From positions 1-64,000 of IMG/VR virus record IMGVR_UViG_3300047476_000521: a stretch of 64,000 nt of DNA, one strand, 5' to 3'. Each line of letters opens with the position of its first letter. Position 1 is the stretch's first letter. The DNA is from a virus. The position numbers and the translations under genes are program-made. The notes beneath the pieces were generated by a model. It made no database searches. It was not told the DNA's origin and worked only from the letters and a program-made list of their open reading frames with translations. Of the stretch, positions 7,776 through 16,329 are shown in pieces.

Positions 7776-8264
7776 ATGAATAACACACAAATATTTGCAT
7801 TCTTTATTCTACCTGCACTTATTAGTTGTGCTGTAGTCGCCTTTGCTCTGTTGTTCAACAGGCTTAACAAGCCCAAGGAGATCGACAAGCCAAAGAAGAC
7901 TGTTGGGCGAACTCTGTATAATTATGATTTGGACGAGTGGAATTATCTAGGGACAACTGAACTAACTGCAGGCGTTGGCGAAGTTAAGGATTACGGTTAT
8001 GTGTTCTTCTTTACACTAAAGTCCGACACAGATGTTCGTGATTATCATGTTCCCAATAGGTTATTCCGAGGACATGCATGGCTTGATGGCATGGCCGAGC
8101 CATGGAAAGCAGGAGAGCGTGAATATTATACGGTGATCAATAAAGCGCCATCTTCTTACCTCAAGAATTACATGAAGGAAAACTATAACTCCGAATGGTG
8201 TAGTAACACTAATTGGTGGGTTCCGATCGTTAAACAAGACCCAGGAACATATTGGGGAGCGTAA
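7776..8264 (+). CDS. hypothetical protein with N-terminal TM helix
   Basis: ORF; hydrophobic N-terminus. Confidence 0.65.
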   Translation: MNNTQIFAFFILPALISCAVVAFALLFNRLNKPKEIDKPKKTVGRTLYNYDLDEWNYLGTTELTAGVGEVKDYGYVFFFTLKSDTDVRDYHVPNRLFRGHAWLDGMAEPWKAGEREYYTVINKAPSSYLKNYMKENYNSEWCSNTNWWVPIVKQDPGTYWGA

Positions 8265-8899
8265 TGACTGATATTCTAAAAGACCTTGAAGGTTATCCCA
8301 ACGATCCTACAGTTGTAATGTCTCGGCGTTTAGTAGGTGATGTTGTTGCTGAAATCAAGAGGCTTCGTGCTGAACTTGTCACTGCCAACGAAGCAAATAT
8401 AGATTTGCGGAAAGCCGCTGCCGTCTTCCTCGATGTCATGCGAGCCGCCCAAGCCGAACTCGCCGCCGAGCGTCGAGACCACGAAGCGACAAAGATTGAA
8501 CACTCGTTAGCGATGAAACGTGCAGCAGAAGAGGCACGGGAAGCCCACATCAACCTCGCCGCCGCCCGTGAGGAAAGTGAGCGTTTGCGCTGGTCGTGCT
8601 CTGCCAAGGACGATGTGGCCCGAAAGATAGCGGAAATACATCGCACCAACCTCGCAGCCAAAAACGAAAATCTAAGAGATATGATGTTTCGTGCATATCA
8701 GGAAGGATGGAACTCCTCATTGAGCTACGTAGGCGAAGACGACATGATTGACGCTTGGGAGGAGTCCGCCGCCAAAGCTCGCATCGACGCCTTTCTCGAT
8801 TGGCTCCGCTCGAATGGGTTTGAGTTGGTGCCGATGGCGCTGATGCCAGAAGACATTGCCAACATCGACGCTGCGCTGAAAGGAGACGGGGATGAGTGA
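8264..8899 (+). CDS. hypothetical coiled-coil protein with a GC-richer mosaic segment
   Basis: ORF, Ala/Glu/Arg-rich. Confidence 0.65.
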   Translation: MTDILKDLEGYPNDPTVVMSRRLVGDVVAEIKRLRAELVTANEANIDLRKAAAVFLDVMRAAQAELAAERRDHEATKIEHSLAMKRAAEEAREAHINLAAAREESERLRWSCSAKDDVARKIAEIHRTNLAAKNENLRDMMFRAYQEGWNSSLSYVGEDDMIDAWEESAAKARIDAFLDWLRSNGFELVPMALMPEDIANIDAALKGDGDE

Positions 8900-9143
8900 T
8901 TTTCCTGACCTAGATAAACTCGTTGAAGAATGTCCCTATGACGTAAAGTTAGCAGTGACTGCTTGGGTGTTCGAGAACATCGATAATCATATCAACGAGG
9001 GTGGCTCGTTTCGATATCTAATCTATGATCGCCTAGGATTTGGTGGTGATGCTTACGTTCCGCTGTATTGTGCTGGTGGAATGAATGTTTCTAATGCATG
9101 TAACGATATAAAAGGTATTGAGGATGACAATGGAGCAGATTGA
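8892..9143 (+). CDS. hypothetical protein
   Basis: ORF; GGSFRYLIYDRLGF...YVPLY segment. Confidence 0.7.
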   Translation: MSDFPDLDKLVEECPYDVKLAVTAWVFENIDNHINEGGSFRYLIYDRLGFGGDAYVPLYCAGGMNVSNACNDIKGIEDDNGAD

Positions 9144-9348
9144 TAGATGGTTACCTATAATTGCCATATCAATTATATTCAGCGCATTTGGTATTGTTTT
9201 TATGTTTGCGCATAATGATAACTACAACAGATTTGTTCACAAGTGCATTGAAGCCGAAGGCGTTCCAGTTAGTATGATGACATACACCAAGGGATATGGT
9301 GATAGCTGGGCTTGTGTTAAGATTGATAGAAAGGTAGAAGTAAAGTGA
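9124..9348 (+). CDS. small membrane protein
   Basis: TM helix followed by KCIEAEGVP; similar to 25040..25255. Confidence 0.6.
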   Translation: MTMEQIDRWLPIIAISIIFSAFGIVFMFAHNDNYNRFVHKCIEAEGVPVSMMTYTKGYGDSWACVKIDRKVEVK

Positions 9349-9545
9349 GTAATACTACTATCACAGCAGAAAAGATGAATGAGTTCGTTACATTAGATGA
9401 CGGGTTTGTTTATTATTGGCCATCTGGTTTCGCTGGCGGCGCTCTTTCTGCTTATCAATTACGAGAGATCGCTGACGAACTAGACCGTCGTAACGAAGCA
9501 TGGCAGGCAGACATTAACAAGTATTTTGAGGAGAACAAGGAATGA
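9345..9545 (+). CDS. hypothetical protein
   Basis: ORF; DDGFVYYWP...LREIADELDRRN. Confidence 0.65.
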   Translation: MSNTTITAEKMNEFVTLDDGFVYYWPSGFAGGALSAYQLREIADELDRRNEAWQADINKYFEENKE

Positions 9546-9736
9546 AGAAGTTTCATATCGTTGAAGAAGAGACAATCAAGGCAATCTACGAGATTGAAGT
9601 CCCGGACGAGATCGTTGCTAAGGGCGTAGAAGCCATTTACGAATACTGGTATGAAATCGAAAATCCCGGTGACTATCTAATCGAGAGCGAATGCCGTGAC
9701 GTAGACGCTATTGATTGTTATGAGGTAACAACCTAA
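9542..9736 (+). CDS. hypothetical acidic protein
   Basis: coupled ORF. Confidence 0.6.
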   Translation: MKKFHIVEEETIKAIYEIEVPDEIVAKGVEAIYEYWYEIENPGDYLIESECRDVDAIDCYEVTT

Positions 9737-10047
9737 TGAAAATGATTTATAAGTACCCTTTGGGTATGGATATCCATCACAATGCTGTATATGAGATTGA
9801 AATGCCCCGAGGAGCAAAGATCCTTGATATTCAAACTCAAGGCGGTAATATACCTGTAATCTGGGCTATCGTAAATCCCAAGAAAGAGAAGCGTAAGTAT
9901 GTGTTCCATGTATTTGGAACTGGCTTCGAGATGCATGACTACGATAAGAAATATTATGATTATGTCAAGACAATTCAGCAATCAACTGCTCTAGGCGTAG
10001 CATTAGTATGGCACATCTTTGAAGTGCATGAGCCAGCCTTAAACTAG
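9736..10047 (+). CDS. phage hypothetical protein (IYKYPL...GTG...LVWHIFE type)
   Basis: ORF; motif pattern familiar from small phage proteins. Confidence 0.7.
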   Translation: MKMIYKYPLGMDIHHNAVYEIEMPRGAKILDIQTQGGNIPVIWAIVNPKKEKRKYVFHVFGTGFEMHDYDKKYYDYVKTIQQSTALGVALVWHIFEVHEPALN

Positions 10048-10056
10048 GATAATAAC

Positions 10057-10287
10057 ATGCCAGCAAGAATTACTAAGACCAGTCCATTTACTGATCGTAC
10101 TCATACTATGCAGTTTGACCTATACGATCAGGACGAATTCGAATTACGCCTATTAGCATGGCGTCGAGGGGATAAGTTAATTCAAGAGGCGTTTCCGGAG
10201 CTATCATCCGACGCCCGAGAATTCATCAAAAGCGGCGTGACGCCCGATGAATGGCGTAAGTATATGGGAGAAGAAGATGAAGCCTAG
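10057..10287 (+). CDS. phage hypothetical protein (LIQEAFPELS...REFIKSG.TP.EW type)
   Basis: ORF. Confidence 0.7.
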   Translation: MPARITKTSPFTDRTHTMQFDLYDQDEFELRLLAWRRGDKLIQEAFPELSSDAREFIKSGVTPDEWRKYMGEEDEA

Positions 10288-10369
10288 TATGTTTGGTGTT
10301 ACAATTGGCGTGGCTTATACTATTACAGTATCATATGTTATTAGTTTAATCGTCAAGGGATTATACGGC

Positions 10370-10440
10370 TGACCTATGATGTGACCAACCCGCTGACCAA
10401 CTTAATGACCAGCGGGTTGACCAACTTAATGACCTATTAA
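10370..10440 (+). repeat. six 12-bp-period TGACC units
   Basis: TGACC at 10370, 10382, 10394, 10406, 10418, 10430. Confidence 0.85.
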
Positions 10441-10586
10441 TCGTCCAATGCGGCGTCGTAATAACCTTCCTTCCATTCTTCCCAGAGCGGTTCTTCCGCA
10501 CCCCACGCATTGTAGGGATTATCATTCACCGACTGGTCGTTAAGATAGGCGTTATAGCCTTCCCAATAAGCTTCTGACCTATTCAT
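10437..10586 (-). CDS. small RMF/CrpP-like protein
   Basis: AYWEGYNAY...NPY...W.EWKEGY. Confidence 0.55.
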   Translation of the reverse strand: MNRSEAYWEGYNAYLNDQSVNDNPYNAWGAEEPLWEEWKEGYYDAALDD

Positions 10587-10590
10587 TGAC

Positions 10591-10872
10591 CTATCCTTTG
10601 ACCAACCGATTGACCAACTCCTCGGCCAATTTGCTTTTACCGCCGATATGCCAGTTGTACATACCTTTGGGCGTCTTATGCTCTTTCCAATCATAGATAG
10701 TAGCAACTACCTGATTATCAATCACGATTTGCCATTCGCAAGTAACCTTTTCGCCATCACCAGTATAATGAGGCTCGCCTAGCTTTTCTACCAGCGTCTT
10801 ATAGTCAGTCATAACATAACCTACAAGACCAGTCATAGCAACTTCATTCTGAGTAGCTTTACGAAAGTTCAT
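10591..10872 (-). CDS. phage hypothetical protein
   Basis: AAGGAG SD; LGEP...GDGEKVTCEW...TIYDWK...WHIGG. Confidence 0.7.
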   Translation of the reverse strand: MNFRKATQNEVAMTGLVGYVMTDYKTLVEKLGEPHYTGDGEKVTCEWQIVIDNQVVATIYDWKEHKTPKGMYNWHIGGKSKLAEELVNRLVKG

Positions 10873-10882
10873 AGTATTCTCC

Positions 10883-11194
10883 TTACTTAGAGTCAAATTT
10901 GGCTTTCAGGCGTTCAAACTCTTTTAATTCTGCTTCATTGCGAAGCTTTTCCCATCTTTTTTCGTTCTCAATTCGAACAGCCATTTCTCCATCAGTTTCT
11001 TCTCGTTCGGCACACACATAAAGATACTCTCTATCGGAGTATGCTTCGCTATGTGAATCAATATAGGCGTCTTTGCCATATTTGTCAATAAGATATTGAA
11101 TACGCTCGAGCGCCTGCCCGAGTTTAGAATAATCAATATCTAAGCTTTCGGCGGCATACTTGATAGTTTTTCTTTTACGATCAACCATAGTCAT
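10883..11194 (-). CDS. hypothetical protein
   Basis: AGGAG SD; REETD.E...FERLKAKF. Confidence 0.7.
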   Translation of the reverse strand: MTMVDRKRKTIKYAAESLDIDYSKLGQALERIQYLIDKYGKDAYIDSHSEAYSDREYLYVCAEREETDGEMAVRIENEKRWEKLRNEAELKEFERLKAKFDSK

Positions 11195-11201
11195 TCTCCT
11201 A

Positions 11202-11339
11202 TTAGTGCATTTCAATATAACCAGTATAACCCTGGTCTTCGGCGTTTTCCAAATGAGCGACGGCCATTTCCTCGGAGTCAAAAACTCCCCAAACGGAATA
11301 TTCTTTACCGTCGTGAATTAATACGGCGTAGACTTTCAT
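11202..11339 (-). CDS. small hypothetical protein (MKVYAV...GVFDSEE family)
   Basis: AGGAG SD, own promoter; not in the ORF track. Confidence 0.6.
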   Translation of the reverse strand: MKVYAVLIHDGKEYSVWGVFDSEEMAVAHLENAEDQGYTGYIEMH

Positions 11340-11490
11340 AGCTCGCTCTCCTATCTTGTTTTAATTATAGCTCGGATCGCGAGATTTGTCAAGCGTTGCC
11401 TAGACCGTGAGGCGAAATTTTTTCACTACGGCCAAGCTTGACTTTTTTCCAGATCCGAGGTATTATTAATATACGATGAGGAGAAAGCGA

Positions 11491-11700
11491 ATGAATAAGG
11501 GCGAATATAAAATTATAATTGGCGCTTTTGAGTTCGGCGGCATATCCCCTGAACCTATTCAAGAGGCTTATGACACGGCTGATAGTTTTTATGAACCTGG
11601 GCTAGATATGACAGTCCTAGTTTATTTAGACGAGTGGGGCGACGATACATTTGTCGAATTGCCTTATGCCGGTCCTTCAAAGGAGAAATCAAATGAATAA
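11491..11700 (+). CDS. hypothetical protein
   Basis: promoter TTGACT...TATTAT and GAGGAG SD. Confidence 0.65.
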   Translation: MNKGEYKIIIGAFEFGGISPEPIQEAYDTADSFYEPGLDMTVLVYLDEWGDDTFVELPYAGPSKEKSNE

Positions 11701-11878
11701 GATTGTTAACTACGTAGTATGGAGCGTAATTATTGGTACGTTTGCCCTTATTGGGTATTACGGTTATATTAGTCATTCGATGCTCAGGGATTGTATTGAG
11801 TCAAATGACCCTGGTAGTAAGGCTTGCTTTAAGTATAGCGTTTACTCCGGCCAGATGAGGAACGTAAATGTCTATTAA
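11693..11878 (+). CDS. small membrane protein
   Basis: AAGGAG SD; TM helix. Confidence 0.6.
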   Translation: MNKIVNYVVWSVIIGTFALIGYYGYISHSMLRDCIESNDPGSKACFKYSVYSGQMRNVNVY

Positions 11879-12077
11879 GATTATAACTTCATATGAAGAC
11901 CCGGAGTTTAAGCTATATGAGAATTATTTCTGGAAGTTCTCGCCCGATGACTGGGATTATATTATCATTGGCGAGAACTCACACGAGGTAGAGAGTATAG
12001 CCGAGAAGCTATATGTATGTGATTATCAAATGAAGGAGTTTGATAATCTTTACGTTGCCGTAACATATCACTCTTAA
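11868..12077 (+). CDS. hypothetical protein
   Basis: GAGG SD, ORF. Confidence 0.6.
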   Translation: MSIKIITSYEDPEFKLYENYFWKFSPDDWDYIIIGENSHEVESIAEKLYVCDYQMKEFDNLYVAVTYHS

Positions 12078-12553
12078 TTCCTTGAGGAGCGTCGAATGAA
12101 TCCAATTCTTAAATCATTTCTAATTGCAGTGGGAATAATCCTATCCCTTATCCTATTTGTGGCGATTATTCTATTAGTTCCATTTGGGTCACTAATCCTA
12201 GGCTTTCTAGCCATTTGGGGTCTTGTATATGCTATCCTAACGGGGAGAGTTTAAAGTGAAAACCCTATTCTATTGGCTGGCTATCTTTAGTATATTCCTA
12301 GTTGTATTATCTGAAACCCATGAAAAGCGAATAGAGATTTCTCTTATGGCTGTAATTGACCTACTATTCGCTTTATATTGGCAGAGGGAAGAGCGATGAC
12401 CAACTTAATGACCTATGAGGCTTAATACCCGAGAATGAATATGAGTTAATATGGTATGGAAAAGGAGTATTTTAAATCCCGTTTATTTTATCGTAGCGAG
12501 GATTGGTCCGTGTCGCTGTGTGTCTGTGGATACTAATGCGTGCTGGTGCTGGT

Positions 12554-12613
12554 TGACCTATTAGCTGACCAACTAATAAACCAACTTAGTGACCTATACG
12601 CTGACCAACTTAG
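12554..12613 (+). repeat. five 12-bp-period TGACC units (one degenerate)
   Basis: units at 12554, 12566, 12578 (AAACC), 12590, 12602; two more at 12397 and 12409. Confidence 0.8.
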
Positions 12614-12831
12614 TAATCAGCGACCAATTGACCATTACTATCAATATACACGAAAACATGACCAGTAGCCATAACACCAAAGTCATTATACTTGATAGTA
12701 TATTTGACCTGGCCTTTATTGGTGCTGGTATAAGAAGCCGAATGAATTTCATTTGAGCTCTCTATATAACCTGTTTCTTCAAGCAGGTTAACCAGCTGAT
12801 TACGGGTGAGTTTAGTAAGATCAGTAATCAT
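12610..12831 (-). CDS. hypothetical protein
   Basis: AGGAG SD, ORF. Confidence 0.6.
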   Translation of the reverse strand: MITDLTKLTRNQLVNLLEETGYIESSNEIHSASYTSTNKGQVKYTIKYNDFGVMATGHVFVYIDSNGQLVADY

Positions 12832-12843
12832 ATCATTCTCCTA

Positions 12844-13095
12844 TTAGTAATACTGTTCGACCTGCTTATCAACCATTTCACCAATCTCATTATAATTGGT
12901 GACACCACGAGCAGCCAATTCATTAATAGCCGCTTTGGTTACATCAGCATTTTGAGCACCAGAATAACCCCAATTCCAGTATACCAAATAGCATAGCTGC
13001 TCATTAGACATAACAGGCAAATAGCCGTGGTCTTGCTCGGCCTTATCAGCCATATCATTCATAGCAACCAGCCAATCATAGTCAAACGTAGTCAT
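12844..13095 (-). CDS. hypothetical protein
   Basis: AAGGAG SD, ORF. Confidence 0.65.
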   Translation of the reverse strand: MTTFDYDWLVAMNDMADKAEQDHGYLPVMSNEQLCYLVYWNWGYSGAQNADVTKAAINELAARGVTNYNEIGEMVDKQVEQYY

Positions 13096-13111
13096 ATGGT
13101 TTCTCCTTATA

Positions 13112-13261
13112 TTAGAGAACCCAAACCCGATTATAACAATTATCAGCCTTTATAATATAGCCGATAATAGTATTATAACCGAAGCAAAAGGCCGAAACTT
13201 CACAAACCACACACCCGAACTCATTATTATAAGGTTCGGGACGGGTAAAAGTCAAGTTCAT
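13112..13261 (-). CDS. small hypothetical protein (49 aa)
   Basis: AGGAG SD and promoter; not in the ORF track. Confidence 0.45.
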   Translation of the reverse strand: MNLTFTRPEPYNNEFGCVVCEVSAFCFGYNTIIGYIIKADNCYNRVWVL

Positions 13262-13283
13262 TAGCTATCTCCTATCTATTATT

Positions 13284-13493
13284 CATTCTAGCCCGTTTCC
13301 CGAAAAATAGCAAGCTTGGCCGTAAAAATATTTTTCTATTGCTACGCTTGACTTTTTCCGAAAAAGGGAGTACACTCTAGGGAGTGGTTGTTGAGGTGGG
13401 CTGGTTCTTCACAACGGCAGAGCTCTGGGTTGAAAAATATTTTTAAAAAGTCGGGTTGGGGGGGTTGACATTTTTCGAGTTACGGGTTAGACT
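13284..13493. promoter_or_regulatory. cluster of divergent/tandem early promoters with AT-rich UP elements
   Basis: TTGCTA...TAGAAT (-), TTGACT...TACACT (+), TTGACA...TAGACT (+). Confidence 0.7.
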
Positions 13494-13524
13494 GAATCTA
13501 CGATAGGAAAAACGGAGAAAACTG

Positions 13525-13746
13525 ATGACTCGCTCTGAAGCTTTACAATTCCTTAATAAGGCCGAATTCCGCCCGTTTACTAAGGCTGACTGGTATTCGT
13601 TCGCTGGTTGCGAATCAAACTATCCGCTTATATGCGAGGATTATAAAGGATTTCTTATTATAATCGATGGCGGTTCGTTTACCTTTTATCCGCATGAAGC
13701 TTTATATGAGGGAACGGATGAAGGCGTTGAGCGTTTCGAAATATAA
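13525..13746 (+). CDS. hypothetical protein (paralog A)
   Basis: KAEFRPFT..D...FAG..S.YP.I motif shared with the next ORF. Confidence 0.7.
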   Translation: MTRSEALQFLNKAEFRPFTKADWYSFAGCESNYPLICEDYKGFLIIIDGGSFTFYPHEALYEGTDEGVERFEI

Positions 13747-13773
13747 TAAAACAACTCAAATAGGAGAAAACTG

Positions 13774-13995
13774 ATGAACGCCACTACTGCTTTGATTATG
13801 GTTGCTAAAACCGAATTCAAGCCGTTTACTATCTCTGATTATGAGGCGTTTTCTGGAGTTACTAGCGAATATCCTATGATTGGCGAATACGAGGATTATA
13901 TCATTGTTATTGACGGTGATGTAATTCAGATTACTGAATGCGAATTGGGTTCTTGCTATCAGTTTAATCTCGGCGAGGCACTTCGAATCTTTTAA
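13774..13995 (+). CDS. hypothetical protein (paralog B)
   Basis: tandem paralog with the same GGAGAAAACTGATG leader. Confidence 0.7.
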   Translation: MNATTALIMVAKTEFKPFTISDYEAFSGVTSEYPMIGEYEDYIIVIDGDVIQITECELGSCYQFNLGEALRIF

Positions 13996-14055
13996 CTTGA
14001 CATTCCACAAATACCCAGTATAATCATTAGTGCAGGAAATGAAGGAACAGAAACA

Positions 14056-14367
14056 ATGACTAGCATATATGACTTCATCGAAGACGTCAATGAAAAGCTT
14101 TTCCGCCGTACTGATAATATGACTCGAGTATCTGCTGATAAGCTTGGATTGGATATCCGTGCTGGTTATAATCTTTATATTGATGAGGAATGCATTATAG
14201 TCGATAGGCATTATGACCGTATGCTACAATATTACGGTGCGTTCGAATATGTCGATAAAGAATTCCGAAACGAAATTGGTGATTATGTGATTTATACTAA
14301 TGGTGATGATCGGGTTTTGAACTGCCTTGAGCGTTACTATGACATGGAAGCAGAGGCTGAGCAGTAA
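14056..14367 (+). CDS. phage hypothetical protein
   Basis: promoter TTGACA...TATAAT; LGLD.RAG...LQYYGAFEYVD. Confidence 0.7.
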   Translation: MTSIYDFIEDVNEKLFRRTDNMTRVSADKLGLDIRAGYNLYIDEECIIVDRHYDRMLQYYGAFEYVDKEFRNEIGDYVIYTNGDDRVLNCLERYYDMEAEAEQ

Positions 14368-14457
14368 AATATTTTTTAAAAAAGTCCTGGAAGGGGGTTG
14401 ACTTTTTCGAGGAACCGAGGTAGAGTTAGATTATAGGTTGAAACGGAAGGAAGTCAA

Positions 14458-14607
14458 ATGTCTAACACTCGCTTTAGCCCCAAACGCCTCGATCCGGCTC
14501 TCGCCCTGGCTCTGCTTCAGACTCGCGAGAACGTAGCCGTTACCGTTTGCAAGCCCAAGCGTTCCAAAAAGGTTAACATTCCTTCCAATAAGGTTATCAT
14601 CAAGTAA
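14458..14607 (+). CDS. small basic hypothetical protein (49 aa)
   Basis: promoter and AAGGA SD; not in the ORF track. Confidence 0.55.
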   Translation: MSNTRFSPKRLDPALALALLQTRENVAVTVCKPKRSKKVNIPSNKVIIK

Positions 14608-14619
14608 GGAGATAATCAT

Positions 14620-14823
14620 ATGGCTAATATGTCCTACTGCAAATTCCAGAATACTTCTCGTGATATGGATGATTGCCTTGAAGATATGCGTGAGGCATAT
14701 GAGAATGCTGATACTCTTAAGGAGTATCTGGCTACTCTCTCAAAAGAAGAACAGTATGGCTTTAATATGATGCGCCAATACTGCCTTGAGTTTGTCCGTC
14801 TTATGGAAGATATGGAGCGCTGA
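14620..14823 (+). CDS. phage hypothetical protein (MANMSYCKFQNT..D..DC type)
   Basis: AAGGAG SD; recognisable N-terminal motif. Confidence 0.75.
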   Translation: MANMSYCKFQNTSRDMDDCLEDMREAYENADTLKEYLATLSKEEQYGFNMMRQYCLEFVRLMEDMER

Positions 14824-14824
14824 T

Positions 14825-15049
14825 ATGACATACTATATCCTCCACCTTGATAAAGGCATATTTAGAGTTCGATTGACTGCCGAAAAGGTTGCAACCTATC
14901 TTTTAGGTAAATCTATCAAATACATTGTAATAATGAAGAATTATCCCGAATCTGAGATTCTGGATAATTCCGAATCTGATGTTGTAAAGCGTTATGTTCC
15001 TTCTGATGGTAATGTATCAAAGATCCAAAAAGAACTGGAGGCATTATGA
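14825..15049 (+). CDS. hypothetical protein
   Basis: GGAG SD, ORF. Confidence 0.6.
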   Translation: MTYYILHLDKGIFRVRLTAEKVATYLLGKSIKYIVIMKNYPESEILDNSESDVVKRYVPSDGNVSKIQKELEAL

Positions 15050-15189
15050 TTAAGCTAATGAAAATCACAATTTACTTCAGCGGTGGACAGAAAACTTATT
15101 ATAATATCTCTCGTACCGCAGTCAAGTATTATATTGATTGGTATCGAGATAATAAGGATTTGTGCACCTATGTATTGGAGGATGCATAA
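15046..15189 (+). CDS. small hypothetical protein (NISRTAVKYYI paralog 1)
   Basis: GGAGG SD; tandem duplicate; not in the ORF track. Confidence 0.6.
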   Translation: MIKLMKITIYFSGGQKTYYNISRTAVKYYIDWYRDNKDLCTYVLEDA

Positions 15190-15326
15190 TGATTAAGCGA
15201 ATGAATCTCACGATCTATACGGATAAGGGTGTTATCCATTATCTTAATATCTCTCGTACTGCAGTAAAGTATTATATTGCTTATCATCAAGAGAACCCAG
15301 ATTTCTATGGCTACGCTCTAGATTAA
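15189..15326 (+). CDS. small hypothetical protein (NISRTAVKYYI paralog 2)
   Basis: GGAGG SD, TAATG coupling; tandem duplicate. Confidence 0.6.
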   Translation: MIKRMNLTIYTDKGVIHYLNISRTAVKYYIAYHQENPDFYGYALD

Positions 15327-15425
15327 AAAAAGTTCACAGTCGGGGTTGACTTTTTCCAGGATCTAGGGTAGAATGATAATACGATGGGTGATGAGCTCAT
15401 CCGGTGAAACTCTGATAGGAGATAT

Positions 15426-15950
15426 ATGATGTCTAAGCGTTCTGAGGCTATTGAGGTGATGAAGGCCAACGAGGGTAAGTCGATGGCTGATGTGGTTAAG
15501 CTTATCGCCGAGCGTATCGGTGTTACCGAGGGCAATGCTAAGTCCTACTACAAGTGGATTGTCCAGCACGGCATGGCTCCCGGTGAGGTTGTTAAGTCTA
15601 CCCGTGCCAAGGCAGAGCCCAAGGCTAAGGCTGCGAAGGCTGCTAAGCCGAAGCTTGTCAAGGTTCCCAAGCCTCGTGTGGCTGGGGACAAGGAAGAGGC
15701 TGAGAAGGCCAAGCTTGGTAAGGAAAAGACAGCGGAAGAAATTGCGGATATTCGTGCTAAGAACCTCCAGCGTTTAAAGGCTGTGGGAGCCAAATACGCT
15801 CGTGGCCAGTATGCCGAAGGTCGTGCTGGTGGTTTCACCAAGAAGCAGGCTCAGGAAGCCCGAGACTATGTCGCTGCTGTAAACGATGACCTGGAGTCCT
15901 TTAAGTCCCCGACGTTCTTGTCTATGGACGAGGTCAAGGTTCTCGTGTAA
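15426..15950 (+). CDS. putative DNA-binding protein: HTH-like N-terminus plus Lys/Ala-rich linker
   Basis: MADVVKLIAERIGVTEGNAKSYYKW; KAKAAKAAKPK; strong promoter and SD. Confidence 0.6.
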   Translation: MMSKRSEAIEVMKANEGKSMADVVKLIAERIGVTEGNAKSYYKWIVQHGMAPGEVVKSTRAKAEPKAKAAKAAKPKLVKVPKPRVAGDKEEAEKAKLGKEKTAEEIADIRAKNLQRLKAVGAKYARGQYAEGRAGGFTKKQAQEARDYVAAVNDDLESFKSPTFLSMDEVKVLV

Positions 15951-15982
15951 TTTCTAGCCTACCGCATTTTAGCACCAAAGTC

Positions 15983-16035
15983 AAGTCCGCCCTATCGTTG
16001 TCTCTGTGGAGCCCCAGGTAGGCGGACTTTTTTTT
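15983..16035 (+). terminator. Rho-independent terminator
   Basis: AAGTCCGCC...GGCGGACTT followed by a T-run. Confidence 0.65.
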
Positions 16036-16207
16036 AAAAATATCTCGTTTTAGGGGTTGACATTTTTCGGGATCTAGGGTACATTAAGAATATGGGGTGA
16101 ACTGAAAGTCTTGTAGTGATTAAGCTGTGGCTTGTCCATAACGAGTCTTGCAGTGATTAAGCTATGGCTTCGCCGTTCATCTCATACCGAACTCTGGAGG
16201 ATTGATT

Positions 16208-16327
16208 ATGGTTGTCTATTACACTCGCTGGCTCAATCTTTTTGTTACTGATTACATTATCAGCGATGTGAAGCCATATAGCTGCGATGCATCCTGGTGG
16301 ATTGTTCCTGGAACTCTGGAGGATTGA
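16208..16327 (+). CDS. small hypothetical protein (DVKPYSCDASWWIVPG paralog 1)
   Basis: GGAGG SD; tandem duplicate; not in the ORF track. Confidence 0.6.
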   Translation: MVVYYTRWLNLFVTDYIISDVKPYSCDASWWIVPGTLED

Positions 16328-16329
16328 TT

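Noticed and set aside
9736-10287. TAG at 10045-10047 is in frame with the next ATG (10057), so read-through would fuse the two ORFs
   Set aside because: This has a one-in-three chance; the TAGGA doubles as the SD of the next gene and both ORFs look complete.
10370-12635. TGACC arrays or the 16107/16144 repeats as a CRISPR array
   Set aside because: The units are too short or too few, there are no 25-45 nt unique spacers, and no cas genes are present.
15385-15415. Hammerhead-like GTGATGAG...GAAAC in the leader of 15426
   Set aside because: The core reads GTGATGA rather than CTGATGA, stem II is weak, and no convincing stems I/III or cleavage triplet were found.
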